Of a stretch of DNA of 64,000 nucleotides, positions 29,559 to 38,131 are shown piece after piece. The DNA is taken from positions 1,216,001 through 1,280,000 of the forward strand of contig CAVYGN010000002.1 of NCBI GenBank assembly GCA_963768055.1. Direction: 5' to 3'. The first letter of the stretch is position 1. Each line of letters opens with the position of its first letter. Position numbers and translations under genes: made by a program. Under the pieces are notes generated by a model. The model searched no databases, was not told where the DNA came from, and worked only from the letters and a program-made list of their open reading frames with translations. The stretch is from an uncultured Spirochaetota bacterium (GTDB lineage: Bacteria; Spirochaetota; Brevinematia; Brevinematales; JAOACQ01).

Positions 29559-30551
29559 TTAAACGCCTCCCCCATTAGTCCGAGCGGAAGGATTTATCTT
29601 TGTAACCATTGTATCGGTTATTCCCCCTGTGCACCATTCTTTACTGCAAACATGGGGTTCCGAAGGAAAATTCAATTCGGGATCGCTGATGTTGCCGATC
29701 TTTCCGGAATCACCGCACCAGCTCCTGTAGATATCTCCGCTTATATCGACGACAAGAAGTTCAAGACCTATGTAGCAGTTCCATCCTGGCCATGCATGCT
29801 TATTCTGAGTAATAATATCTCCCGGTTTAGTCAGTTCCTCGGAACCGTCGTCGTATACGAGCTTCATCAATCCGCGGTAGCTATCCCTCGTCCTTTTAAG
29901 TTTCAGCCTGCTGTTGATATCATGGCTTGCTTCAACGATCTGCTTCCTTTGTTCCGGAGTATAGGGATAAGGTTCGATAAAATCCCTCAGCACTATCTGA
30001 AGATCGATAGTTACATCGTCTGTTTCATTCAAGACCTTAAATGCGGCGTCAAGACATTCCTGAAAGTGGTCGGGATGAACCATTATGTTCACATGAGTAT
30101 AAACATCGCTTTTGATAAGGTTTATGACATTGATGAAGTGGTTAAGCTTAGTAAATTCGACGTGATAGCTTAAGCTGGCTTGAAAGAGATATTTTTTTGC
30201 CTCTTCCCAGAATATCAATTTCGGAGATCCGTTACTGCTGATGCTTACCTTCTGACCATTCTCTTTCTGACTGCGTATCAATGTGATAAAGTCCTTGAAT
30301 AGGGTCACTTCGCCGCCTGTATATAAAAAATATACTTCCTTTTTGAGTTTCTTTACGTAATGATCGATAATACGCTGGGAAAAGTCCATTATTTTATTGA
30401 TCGGCATGAAGGGGTAGGTCCCCGCATGCGTTCGCGGAGGGCAATATGAGCATAGAAAATTACACACATTGCTCACTCCCCAATCAACGATAAGTATATT
30501 CTCAGTCTTTTCGAACTGGTGCCTGAGCATAACCACATTTTTATCTTTCAT
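29559..30551 (-). CDS. Radical SAM protein with twitch-like C-terminus
   Basis: CNFLCSYC, TGGEVT, GWNCYIG...WC...C...C. Confidence 0.9.
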   Translation of the reverse strand: MKDKNVVMLRHQFEKTENILIVDWGVSNVCNFLCSYCPPRTHAGTYPFMPINKIMDFSQRIIDHYVKKLKKEVYFLYTGGEVTLFKDFITLIRSQKENGQKVSISSNGSPKLIFWEEAKKYLFQASLSYHVEFTKLNHFINVINLIKSDVYTHVNIMVHPDHFQECLDAAFKVLNETDDVTIDLQIVLRDFIEPYPYTPEQRKQIVEASHDINSRLKLKRTRDSYRGLMKLVYDDGSEELTKPGDIITQNKHAWPGWNCYIGLELLVVDISGDIYRSWCGDSGKIGNISDPELNFPSEPHVCSKEWCTGGITDTMVTKINPSARTNGGGV

Positions 30552-31621
30552 AATATAGATTCCTTATAGATCTTTACGACGCTATCCGCTTCCGTATTCT
30601 CAACCTGATGCAGGTTTATGAAATCGATATCCGCTATGATTTTATTGCTGATGAAACTATCGAATAGCTTTGGCGGGTTCGCTGTCCTGTATTTTTCCAG
30701 AAGATCGGGATAAAAACGACGGAATATTGACGTCACGATCGTTGACCGGTGCATTGGTGATTCCTCCCGGGGCTCTATAGTATTGAATTTTTGTCGGCTT
30801 TTGAGAGGGTAGAAAAAGGGACAATCAAAAAAATTCTCTTTCGGATCGGGCATACAGCTTTCAACCCCCGAAATTTTACAAGCCGCAGAAAATTCTTTGC
30901 AATATTCGAGACGCGCTGAAACTATTTCATCGATATCGCTTACCTGCTTTGTTAAAAAGTAGCATTGGATGGCGCTAAGACGATAATTGCAGCTCGCAAC
31001 CTCGAGTTTTCTCCGCGGTAAGGAAGGGCTTAATCCCCAATCTGATATAGCTTCGCATTCGGCTGCAAGCTCGGGGTCATTGGTGCTGATAAGGCCCCCT
31101 TCCCCGGAATTGATGATCTTTGAGCTTTGAAAGCTGAATGTGCCTGCATTCCCAAACGCGCCGGCCTTTATTCCATCCGCTGAACATGAGAAAGCCTGTG
31201 CGCAGTCTTCTATCAGGGCTATATTCCTGCTTCTGCAGTAATCCCTAATCTCGAAAATTTCCCGATTCATAAAACCGGAGAGATGGACGAGAATAACCGC
31301 CTTGACCCCGGACAGTTCCCTTTTTTTAAGAGATTCCAGGGTTAAACCAAAATATTCGGGGCTTACATCGGCAAAAACGGGTATCAGGCCGCAGTCAGCT
31401 ACGGCTGTCGCCGTTGCAATAAAAGACAGGTCGGGAATAATTACAAGGTCCCCCCTGTTTAATCTAAGGCCGCGCAGGGCAACTTCAATAGCAATGGTCC
31501 CATTGGTTACAGGTATAACATATTTACAACCAAGATAAGAGCTTATGCTGCTCTTGAATTCATGTATAACCTCTTCCTCAGGCTTGAAATGGGGAATAAA
31601 CGACTTAATATTATATTTCAT
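30548..31621 (-). CDS. DegT/DnrJ/EryC1/StrS PLP aminotransferase
   Basis: VTNGT, IEDCAQA, FSFQSSK (PLP Lys), GEGG. Confidence 0.92.
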   Translation of the reverse strand: MKYNIKSFIPHFKPEEEVIHEFKSSISSYLGCKYVIPVTNGTIAIEVALRGLRLNRGDLVIIPDLSFIATATAVADCGLIPVFADVSPEYFGLTLESLKKRELSGVKAVILVHLSGFMNREIFEIRDYCRSRNIALIEDCAQAFSCSADGIKAGAFGNAGTFSFQSSKIINSGEGGLISTNDPELAAECEAISDWGLSPSLPRRKLEVASCNYRLSAIQCYFLTKQVSDIDEIVSARLEYCKEFSAACKISGVESCMPDPKENFFDCPFFYPLKSRQKFNTIEPREESPMHRSTIVTSIFRRFYPDLLEKYRTANPPKLFDSFISNKIIADIDFINLHQVENTEADSVVKIYKESIL

Positions 31622-31623
31622 AT

Positions 31624-33000
31624 TTAAACCGGCATCATACGGTTTAATTCGTTTTTAAAGTCATTTAAAACGAAAGTATATTGAAGCTTGCCGTTTTTAT
31701 CTACATATGGCGGAAGGAGTATGTAAAATTGATTTTGGCCGGAAATACTGCAAACTTCCTTCGGGTCTAGCCTTATCCAGCGCTGGCCTTCATTGCTGAG
31801 AAAATAAACGGGTACAGGTAATGTGTTTACAAACTTATTCCTATCCTGGGTGCCGCGTATGCAGAGCCCGCGAATTGAATCGGAATTGAACCAGGCGAAA
31901 TGGTACTTATTATGGGGCCATTCCTGCCAGTCTTCGATCCTGATATTATAATGAATATTTTGGATTATATCGCGATAAACCGATAAAGAAGGGGTTTCCT
32001 TGAATTTGGAAAGATTGCCCTTTTCAAGGCCCAGCCCCCCGTAATCACGGAACTGATAAAGGGTTATACCCGCCAGCCATGGAAAATCGCCGCGGTTTAT
32101 TCTATCGTAGACGCTGCCCACCATCCGGGCCTGAGCTTCCGCACCGTCCACATCCGAATCTGTATTGAACTCATTGATAAATAGAGGTTTCAAGCTCAAG
32201 CCATTATGCCAGATCATATTCAGATAGCATTCTTCGATCAAACGCCACCAGTCTTCAACCGTACCTTGAAAATATGTGTTTTTGCTCTCGGGTGTAATGG
32301 TTTCTTCATAGGGCCAGGCATAGTGCAGGGATGCATATTTGTCAAGCGACCAATAGTCTGCTGTTTGAAGCGCTTCTCTCATCTCGTCCTGATTCAGGCG
32401 GAGAAACATATCGCAGACCACCTTATCCTTAACATAAAAATCGCTGCTTAAGCTGAAGACCGTAAATATGTTAGAAGAATTTGCCTTTACTATCTTGTGG
32501 CATCTTACAAAAAAATCGCTAACCTCTTTATAATTGTAGAATTTGTTGAAAGGGAACCATGTGCCGTTGCATTCATGGTTGACGCGAAGAAACACTCGTC
32601 CGAAAGTGGTGAGGGAACGGACCACCTTTTCAATATCCTGGTCGGACAGGGAAAGATCCATTGTAAGAGTCAAGTGGATATCCGAACCGTATCGTTTAAT
32701 ATCTTCGAATTGCTTTTGAGAATTCCCTCCCTCCACCAACAGGTTGAAGGGATTATAATCCTCATAATCATAACCCCAGGCAAAATTGATATCTTCGCCG
32801 TGTTCTATTTCCGATATCTTTTTATGGGGAGACCACTTTTCATGATAAGGATAATAGGCCTTAAGCACCTGGATGCCGTCGTGAATTCTTCCCAACTTTG
32901 AAAAGATATAATCCATGGGTACAAAATCGCTTCTTTCACTTTCATTAGACATTATCAGCATAGGTTTTTTTCGATGTAATGTGCATGGAAATGCCTGCAT
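31624..33000 (-). CDS. Glycoside hydrolase, GH26-like (clan GH-A)
   Basis: FLRVNHECNGTW acid/base motif and PLFINEF nucleophile motif; no signal peptide. Confidence 0.65.
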   Translation of the reverse strand: MQAFPCTLHRKKPMLIMSNESERSDFVPMDYIFSKLGRIHDGIQVLKAYYPYHEKWSPHKKISEIEHGEDINFAWGYDYEDYNPFNLLVEGGNSQKQFEDIKRYGSDIHLTLTMDLSLSDQDIEKVVRSLTTFGRVFLRVNHECNGTWFPFNKFYNYKEVSDFFVRCHKIVKANSSNIFTVFSLSSDFYVKDKVVCDMFLRLNQDEMREALQTADYWSLDKYASLHYAWPYEETITPESKNTYFQGTVEDWWRLIEECYLNMIWHNGLSLKPLFINEFNTDSDVDGAEAQARMVGSVYDRINRGDFPWLAGITLYQFRDYGGLGLEKGNLSKFKETPSLSVYRDIIQNIHYNIRIEDWQEWPHNKYHFAWFNSDSIRGLCIRGTQDRNKFVNTLPVPVYFLSNEGQRWIRLDPKEVCSISGQNQFYILLPPYVDKNGKLQYTFVLNDFKNELNRMMPV

Positions 33001-33012
33001 AATCCGCTCCTC

Positions 33013-34188
33013 TTATTGATAACGAGGCCGGGATAAAGCCTCTTTCCGGTATTCGGTCATGTTTCCCAGGTCCACTACGGGATCATCGAAAATCGGATCT
33101 TTCAAAACATCCAAGAACTTCTCGAACTCTTGATTAAAATTTTTCCACACCGCATTCGCTTCATATTCTCCCGTTTGCCAGGATTTCCAGTCATTGAGGA
33201 GGTTGAATATGAAAAGATCCACTCCAAAACTCTTTCCTATCCTGATCGCGTCGGGCATTTCGTGATAATTTTTCTTTTGCACTACGAAAGCGAGCATAAA
33301 ACGTCGTATTTTGCCCTCTCTCCTGAGAGAAGCTAAAAATTCAATATTAGAAAGAAGCTTTTCATAGGAGCCGTTAACGCGGATCTGTTTATAGGTTTCG
33401 GGGCGCGAAGCATCCAGCGATACTATAACTTCGTTTATATTCGAATGGATTTTTTTCATCTTCCGCCAGGCATCCGGTGTAAACAGGATCCCGTTGGATT
33501 GAATATTAATATCGAGGCGGGGATACTTTTCGCCGTCAAAGTTATAAAGAAAATCGGTAAAAATCTTCGAAATAAAGGGTTCGCCGGCCCCGGTCAGATT
33601 GAAACGGCCTATATTTTCAAAACCGTTTTCTTTAACCTCGCTGAGAAGTTTCTTGTGAATTCCAAGCCTGAATAAATATTCCGGGCCGCTCCTGTAGGTT
33701 ACTGTCTTTTTACGGCAGCTCGGGCAGGCCAGGTTACAGCTTTCATCATAAGCCAAATTGTAGTTGGCGGGGAATATATCCACTTTAGTATTTTCTTCAA
33801 GGATATACCGGATCCACGGAGCATATTTAGTTATCCTGCTGGCATGTACGGGAGATAATCCGGCGGGATTTTCCAGTTGTTCCCTTGTGTAAAGATAGTA
33901 GTTATCATTGCAATAAAAGGGGCATTGATGCCAGTCGCAGAAGGAATAACTGCCGTCTAAAATACTGGCCCGGATAGCCTGCAGTATATCGGAGTTCCAG
34001 ATTTCCTTTAGAGTTTTTTCAGAAAAATCGCCGATCCATTCGGGCATCCACGACTCGCTGCAGCACCTCACCCCGTAATTGCTGTGAATATCGACATTTG
34101 TAAAAGGCTGAAGGCAATATTTCCCGTGTAAATCCTTGGGTTTTTTTAAAGTCCCCTTATTGCTTTCAAATCCTCTTTTATTAATCAC
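33013..34188 (-). CDS. Radical SAM protein with N-terminal SPASM/twitch-like domain
   Basis: YCLQPF...RCC...IG...LKEIWNS...C..C precedes CNLACPSC; GAGEPF. Confidence 0.88.
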   Translation of the reverse strand: MINKRGFESNKGTLKKPKDLHGKYCLQPFTNVDIHSNYGVRCCSESWMPEWIGDFSEKTLKEIWNSDILQAIRASILDGSYSFCDWHQCPFYCNDNYYLYTREQLENPAGLSPVHASRITKYAPWIRYILEENTKVDIFPANYNLAYDESCNLACPSCRKKTVTYRSGPEYLFRLGIHKKLLSEVKENGFENIGRFNLTGAGEPFISKIFTDFLYNFDGEKYPRLDINIQSNGILFTPDAWRKMKKIHSNINEVIVSLDASRPETYKQIRVNGSYEKLLSNIEFLASLRREGKIRRFMLAFVVQKKNYHEMPDAIRIGKSFGVDLFIFNLLNDWKSWQTGEYEANAVWKNFNQEFEKFLDVLKDPIFDDPVVDLGNMTEYRKEALSRPRYQ

Positions 34189-35668
34189 TTATTATTCTCC
34201 TTCGATGGCCGGTCAAAACCGGCTTGAAAATAGTAGCGGCATTGGAATTTTCTTTTATTATTCTCCTTCGATTGCCGGCTAAAACCGACTTAAAAATAGT
34301 ACCGTCATTGAGATTTTCTTTCAGGTTTTTAACCAGATCATGGAACCTTTTTTGATGGACAAAGTGGTATTCGTATATACCTTTGAGATAATTATTCTTT
34401 CCCGAGGCATTTCTTGACTGTTCCATATGGTAAAGATTCGTCATATGATCAGCCAGGAATTCAAGCTCATGGCGGGAGAGATTCTTACATGGATTTATTG
34501 TTATGCTATTTGTGAAAGGAATGAAAAGCGACGGTTTTTTTTTGTCATCGGGTATTAAATCAATGAAATTGGGTTCATAAAAAGAAATCTTGATGCTGGT
34601 AGTGCCGATCCTTTCTGCAAGTTCGAAGGTATCCTTCACTGTCCACCAGGTATCCTGGGGAAAACCTATCATGAAAAAGGCCAAAGTAAATATATTTTTC
34701 GAATTCAGATGATTGACCAGCCTCTTTAATTTCACTTCGTCGCAAAGAGGTCTGTGAAAATACCTGTGAATTTCATCGGATGCGGTTTCTACGCCGAAAC
34801 AAATCGTATCCATACCCGCCTTGATCATTAAATCGATCAGTTCCGTATCGACCGATTCGAGACGCGTTTCACAAGACCAGTTGAACTTCAGGCCTTTATC
34901 TATGATCATACGGCAAATGGATGCCGTTCTTTCAGGTTTATAAGTAAAATACTGATCGCGGAATGATATTTTTTTAATACCCAATGAAAGAAGATACTCG
35001 ATATCTTCACAAATTTTTTCGTTAGAACGAAACGACATTTTATTTCCGTAGAAACGGGCGTATGGACAATAAGTGCATCCTATTGTGCAACCGCGGCTAG
35101 TATGCAGGGAACCGCGTAAAATCCCATCCATATCGCGGTATCCTTCATAGGGGAAAAGAGTAAAGTCGGGAGTCGGCAGATCATCGAGACCTATTTCCTC
35201 TTTACCGGAAATCATTTTGTGTACAAAGAACTCTAACGGAACAAGAGCGATTTCATCTATTTCGGGAATATTGGTTTTTATCCAATCCGCTAAAATCCTT
35301 GCAACGTATCCGGCTAATACTATCCTGGAATCCGGATAGCGTATCTTGATAGTTCTGGCTAAGTCCAGATCGCAGTGTATAGTGGGCGCCTCCGCCTTAA
35401 TAATAATGACATCGTAGTGTTCTTTCAGTTTTTCCATCAGCATTACAGGCATGATTCTATTTAAATTCGCATCGATGACATGGAGATCGATGGAAGGATC
35501 CTTACTTGCAATAGTAGCTGCATATATTAAGGATAAATCCGGGTAGATTTGGGGCTGATGATCGGAAACTCCCAGATCGCCATGCATATCTCCATGCACA
35601 GTAATACCGTAAAACGGTCTCAGAATGAGAAGTTTGGTTTTAACTTTGACGTTCTGTTTTCTGCTCAT
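34181..35668 (-). CDS. B12-binding-domain radical SAM protein (class B-like)
   Basis: TSRGCTIGCTYC, FRDQYF, CFGVET, FMIGFP; N-terminal Rossmann-type region. Confidence 0.88.
   Translation of the reverse strand: MSRKQNVKVKTKLLILRPFYGITVHGDMHGDLGVSDHQPQIYPDLSLIYAATIASKDPSIDLHVIDANLNRIMPVMLMEKLKEHYDVIIIKAEAPTIHCDLDLARTIKIRYPDSRIVLAGYVARILADWIKTNIPEIDEIALVPLEFFVHKMISGKEEIGLDDLPTPDFTLFPYEGYRDMDGILRGSLHTSRGCTIGCTYCPYARFYGNKMSFRSNEKICEDIEYLLSLGIKKISFRDQYFTYKPERTASICRMIIDKGLKFNWSCETRLESVDTELIDLMIKAGMDTICFGVETASDEIHRYFHRPLCDEVKLKRLVNHLNSKNIFTLAFFMIGFPQDTWWTVKDTFELAERIGTTSIKISFYEPNFIDLIPDDKKKPSLFIPFTNSITINPCKNLSRHELEFLADHMTNLYHMEQSRNASGKNNYLKGIYEYHFVHQKRFHDLVKNLKENLNDGTIFKSVLAGNRRRIIKENSNAATIFKPVLTGHRRRIISD
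34189..34320. repeat. 66-bp tandem duplication
   Basis: 34189-34254 vs 34255-34320, 57/66 identical. Confidence 0.9.
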
Positions 35669-35672
35669 AAGG

Positions 35673-35708
35673 TTACATCCTTTCCGGCAATGAATAATAA
35701 AAAAACAT
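35673..35708 (-). CDS. Candidate 11-aa small ORF MFFYYSLPERM
   Basis: GAGGGG RBS 9 nt upstream; lies in the sigma54 leader; 3' end overlaps the RBS of the next gene. Confidence 0.35.
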   Translation of the reverse strand: MFFYYSLPERM

Positions 35709-35794
35709 ATAAATTAACCCCTCACTATTATCAGGTATTGAAACTTTACATCCACATTTAAATTATTCGAAAAATCATAATTATACTTTTAAAT

Positions 35795-35810
35795 GGCAAA
35801 TGTTGTACCA
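35795..35810 (-). promoter_or_regulatory. sigma54 (-24/-12) promoter of the biosynthetic operon
   Basis: TGGTAC-AACAT-TTGCC. Confidence 0.75.
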
Positions 35811-35940
35811 ACCCAAAAGAACTCATAACATTCGATAGGAATTAAAATAATAATTGATTGCAGAACAATGAATTAGGATGTTATTTTTATTTGGGGACAA
35901 ATTTCCGATAAAACTTCAGCCGGCTGACCGGGAATAAAAC

Positions 35941-35990
35941 TGTTGAAAATATTCAACAAATGTTTACAGAATTCGACAATTCTTTGTCAG
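35941..35990. promoter_or_regulatory. Putative enhancer (UAS)
   Basis: TGTT-N10-AACA, TGTT-N10-GACA, GACA-N6-TGTC; resembles 14923-14971. Confidence 0.65.
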
Positions 35991-36198
35991 TGAATTATCG
36001 ACTCTTTCATTCCGGCTGTTCTTTCCAGCCTGCCGAAATATACCACGCGTCCTTCCATGCCCGAAGTCTTCGAGACCCTCACCCACTGAAATAAAGTTTA
36101 ATTTTTACTTTACTAGCGCCTTGAATATTTATTATTATTAACAAATAGAATGCATTTGTATCAGCGTCCCATAACCCGTTTAAAACCGGAGGTTTGCC

Positions 36199-38118
36199 AT
36201 GAAAGGTACAATCGCCGAAAAAATCTTAAGTTCTCATATTGTCGAGGGCAGGCTCGAATCAGGCAGCGAGATAGGAATTAAAATCGATCAAACTTTAACG
36301 CAGGACGCTACTGGGACAATGGTCTACCTGGAATTTGAAAGCCTTGGCCTTGAAAGGGTGAAGGTCGATCTTGCGGTAAGTTATATAGACCACAATATCA
36401 TTCAGACGGATTTCAAGAACGCGGACGATCACAGGTTTTTGCAGTCGGCGGCGTCTAAATACGGCGTGCTTTTATCCCCGGCCGGCAACGGCGTTTCGCA
36501 CCATGTTCACAGGCACCGTTTCGGGGTTCCCGGGAAAACCCTGCTGGGTTCGGACAGCCACACTACTACTGGAGGCTGCCTCGGGATGCTCGCAATGGGA
36601 GCGGGCGGGATCGAAGTGGCGATGGCTATGGCTGGAAAGCCTTATTACATCAATGTCCCCAGGATCTGGGGGGTTAATGTAAAGGGAAAACTCCAGGATT
36701 TTGTCTCGGGCAAGGATGTTATCCTTGAACTGCTAAGAGTATACAGGGCTAACGGGGGATTGGGGAAAATCATGGAGTTTTACGGGCCCGGCCTTGAGAA
36801 CCTCGATATGTCTGCCAGGGCGACCATAGCAAATATGGCGGTCGATATGGGGCTTACCGCCGCTATATTCCCATCGGATGAAATTACAAAAGATTTTTTC
36901 AGGATGACGGACAGGGAAAAGGATTGGCTGGAATTAAAAACGGAAGACGGCGCCCAATTTGATATGACTTCCGAACTCGATCTTTCAGCCGTCGAACCCC
37001 TTGTTGCATGCCCGTCCAGTCCTGATAATGTTATGCCGGCCAGGGAACTTGGCAATACGGATATTCATCAGGTTATTATAGGTTCATCATGCAACGGCAG
37101 TTACAGGGATTTCATGATCGCCGCTAAAATGGTCGAAGGAAAAATAAAAAACAAGCAGGTGAGTTTTGAAATAAATACCGGCAGCAGGGAAACGCTTTTG
37201 AATGTCCTGAATATGGGCGGGATCAGGAATTTTATCGAGGCCGGGGCAAGGGTACATGAACCCGGCTGTCTCGGATGCATCGGGATGGGTCAGGCCCCCG
37301 CAAGCGGTACGAATTCATTAAGGACCTTCCCCAGGAATTTCAAGGGCAGGAGCGGAACTAAAGACGACGCGGTTTATCTTTGCTCGCCTGAAACAGCCGC
37401 CGCTTCAGCATTAACGGGCAGGATCACCGACCCGAGGACAATGAAAGATTATCCGGTAGTGACCTATCCGGACAAGTTCGTTTATAGCCTGGACTGGTTT
37501 ATCAAACCCTCGGGAAAGCCGTCCGATGTAGAGCTGATAAAAGGTCCGAATATCCAGGCGCTTCCAGTATTCGAAGCCCTGCCCGACTCCCTGGAATGCG
37601 AAGTTATAATAAAAGTACCTGACAATATAAGCACCGATATCATCATGCCCGCCGGCAATAAAGCCCTGCCGTTCCGGAGCAATATCTCCAGGATCAGTGA
37701 ATTCGTTTTCGATGTAATCGATGAAAACTTTTCTAAAAGGGCTAAAGAAAAAGGAAGCGGAATCGTTGTAGGGGGTGAAAATTACGGCCAGGGTTCGTCG
37801 AGGGAACATGCCGCCCTTGCCCCGCGGTATCTGGGGATCAGGGCAAAAATAGCAAAGAGTTTCGCTAGGATCCATAAAGAAAACCTTATAGATTTCGGCG
37901 TGATACCCCTGGTCTTCAAGGATAAAGGAGATTACGATGTTATACAGCAGGGCGATAAAATAAGGCTTTTTAATGTCAGAAAATTGATAGAAAATAATGA
38001 AGTTGAAATCCCTGTCGATGTGAACGGCAGGAAAATCGCAACAGTCCTTGAAGTTTCTGAAAGACAGAGGAAGATCCTTCTTGCCGGGAGCATCCTTAAT
38101 CTTGCAAAAGCCAAGTAG
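36199..38118 (+). CDS. Aconitate hydratase (short type)
   Basis: [33 protein letters not shown]; heads the TCA operon. Confidence 0.9.
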   Translation: MKGTIAEKILSSHIVEGRLESGSEIGIKIDQTLTQDATGTMVYLEFESLGLERVKVDLAVSYIDHNIIQTDFKNADDHRFLQSAASKYGVLLSPAGNGVSHHVHRHRFGVPGKTLLGSDSHTTTGGCLGMLAMGAGGIEVAMAMAGKPYYINVPRIWGVNVKGKLQDFVSGKDVILELLRVYRANGGLGKIMEFYGPGLENLDMSARATIANMAVDMGLTAAIFPSDEITKDFFRMTDREKDWLELKTEDGAQFDMTSELDLSAVEPLVACPSSPDNVMPARELGNTDIHQVIIGSSCNGSYRDFMIAAKMVEGKIKNKQVSFEINTGSRETLLNVLNMGGIRNFIEAGARVHEPGCLGCIGMGQAPASGTNSLRTFPRNFKGRSGTKDDAVYLCSPETAAASALTGRITDPRTMKDYPVVTYPDKFVYSLDWFIKPSGKPSDVELIKGPNIQALPVFEALPDSLECEVIIKVPDNISTDIIMPAGNKALPFRSNISRISEFVFDVIDENFSKRAKEKGSGIVVGGENYGQGSSREHAALAPRYLGIRAKIAKSFARIHKENLIDFGVIPLVFKDKGDYDVIQQGDKIRLFNVRKLIENNEVEIPVDVNGRKIATVLEVSERQRKILLAGSILNLAKAK

Positions 38119-38131
38119 AATGGAGGCCGTA

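Noticed and set aside
35758..35778. Tiny ORF MIFRII near the predicted sigma54 start site
   Set aside because: No RBS and expected by chance in AT-rich DNA
14460..36060. Loose similarity TGTTCTTT..GCCGAA..CCACG at both cluster ends as att sites
   Set aside because: Needs several gaps; no integrase or tRNA nearby
35965..36105. Minus-strand peptide FISVGEGLEDF resembling the FtsY C-terminus
   Set aside because: Preceded by a stop, no start codon, and the similarity is too short
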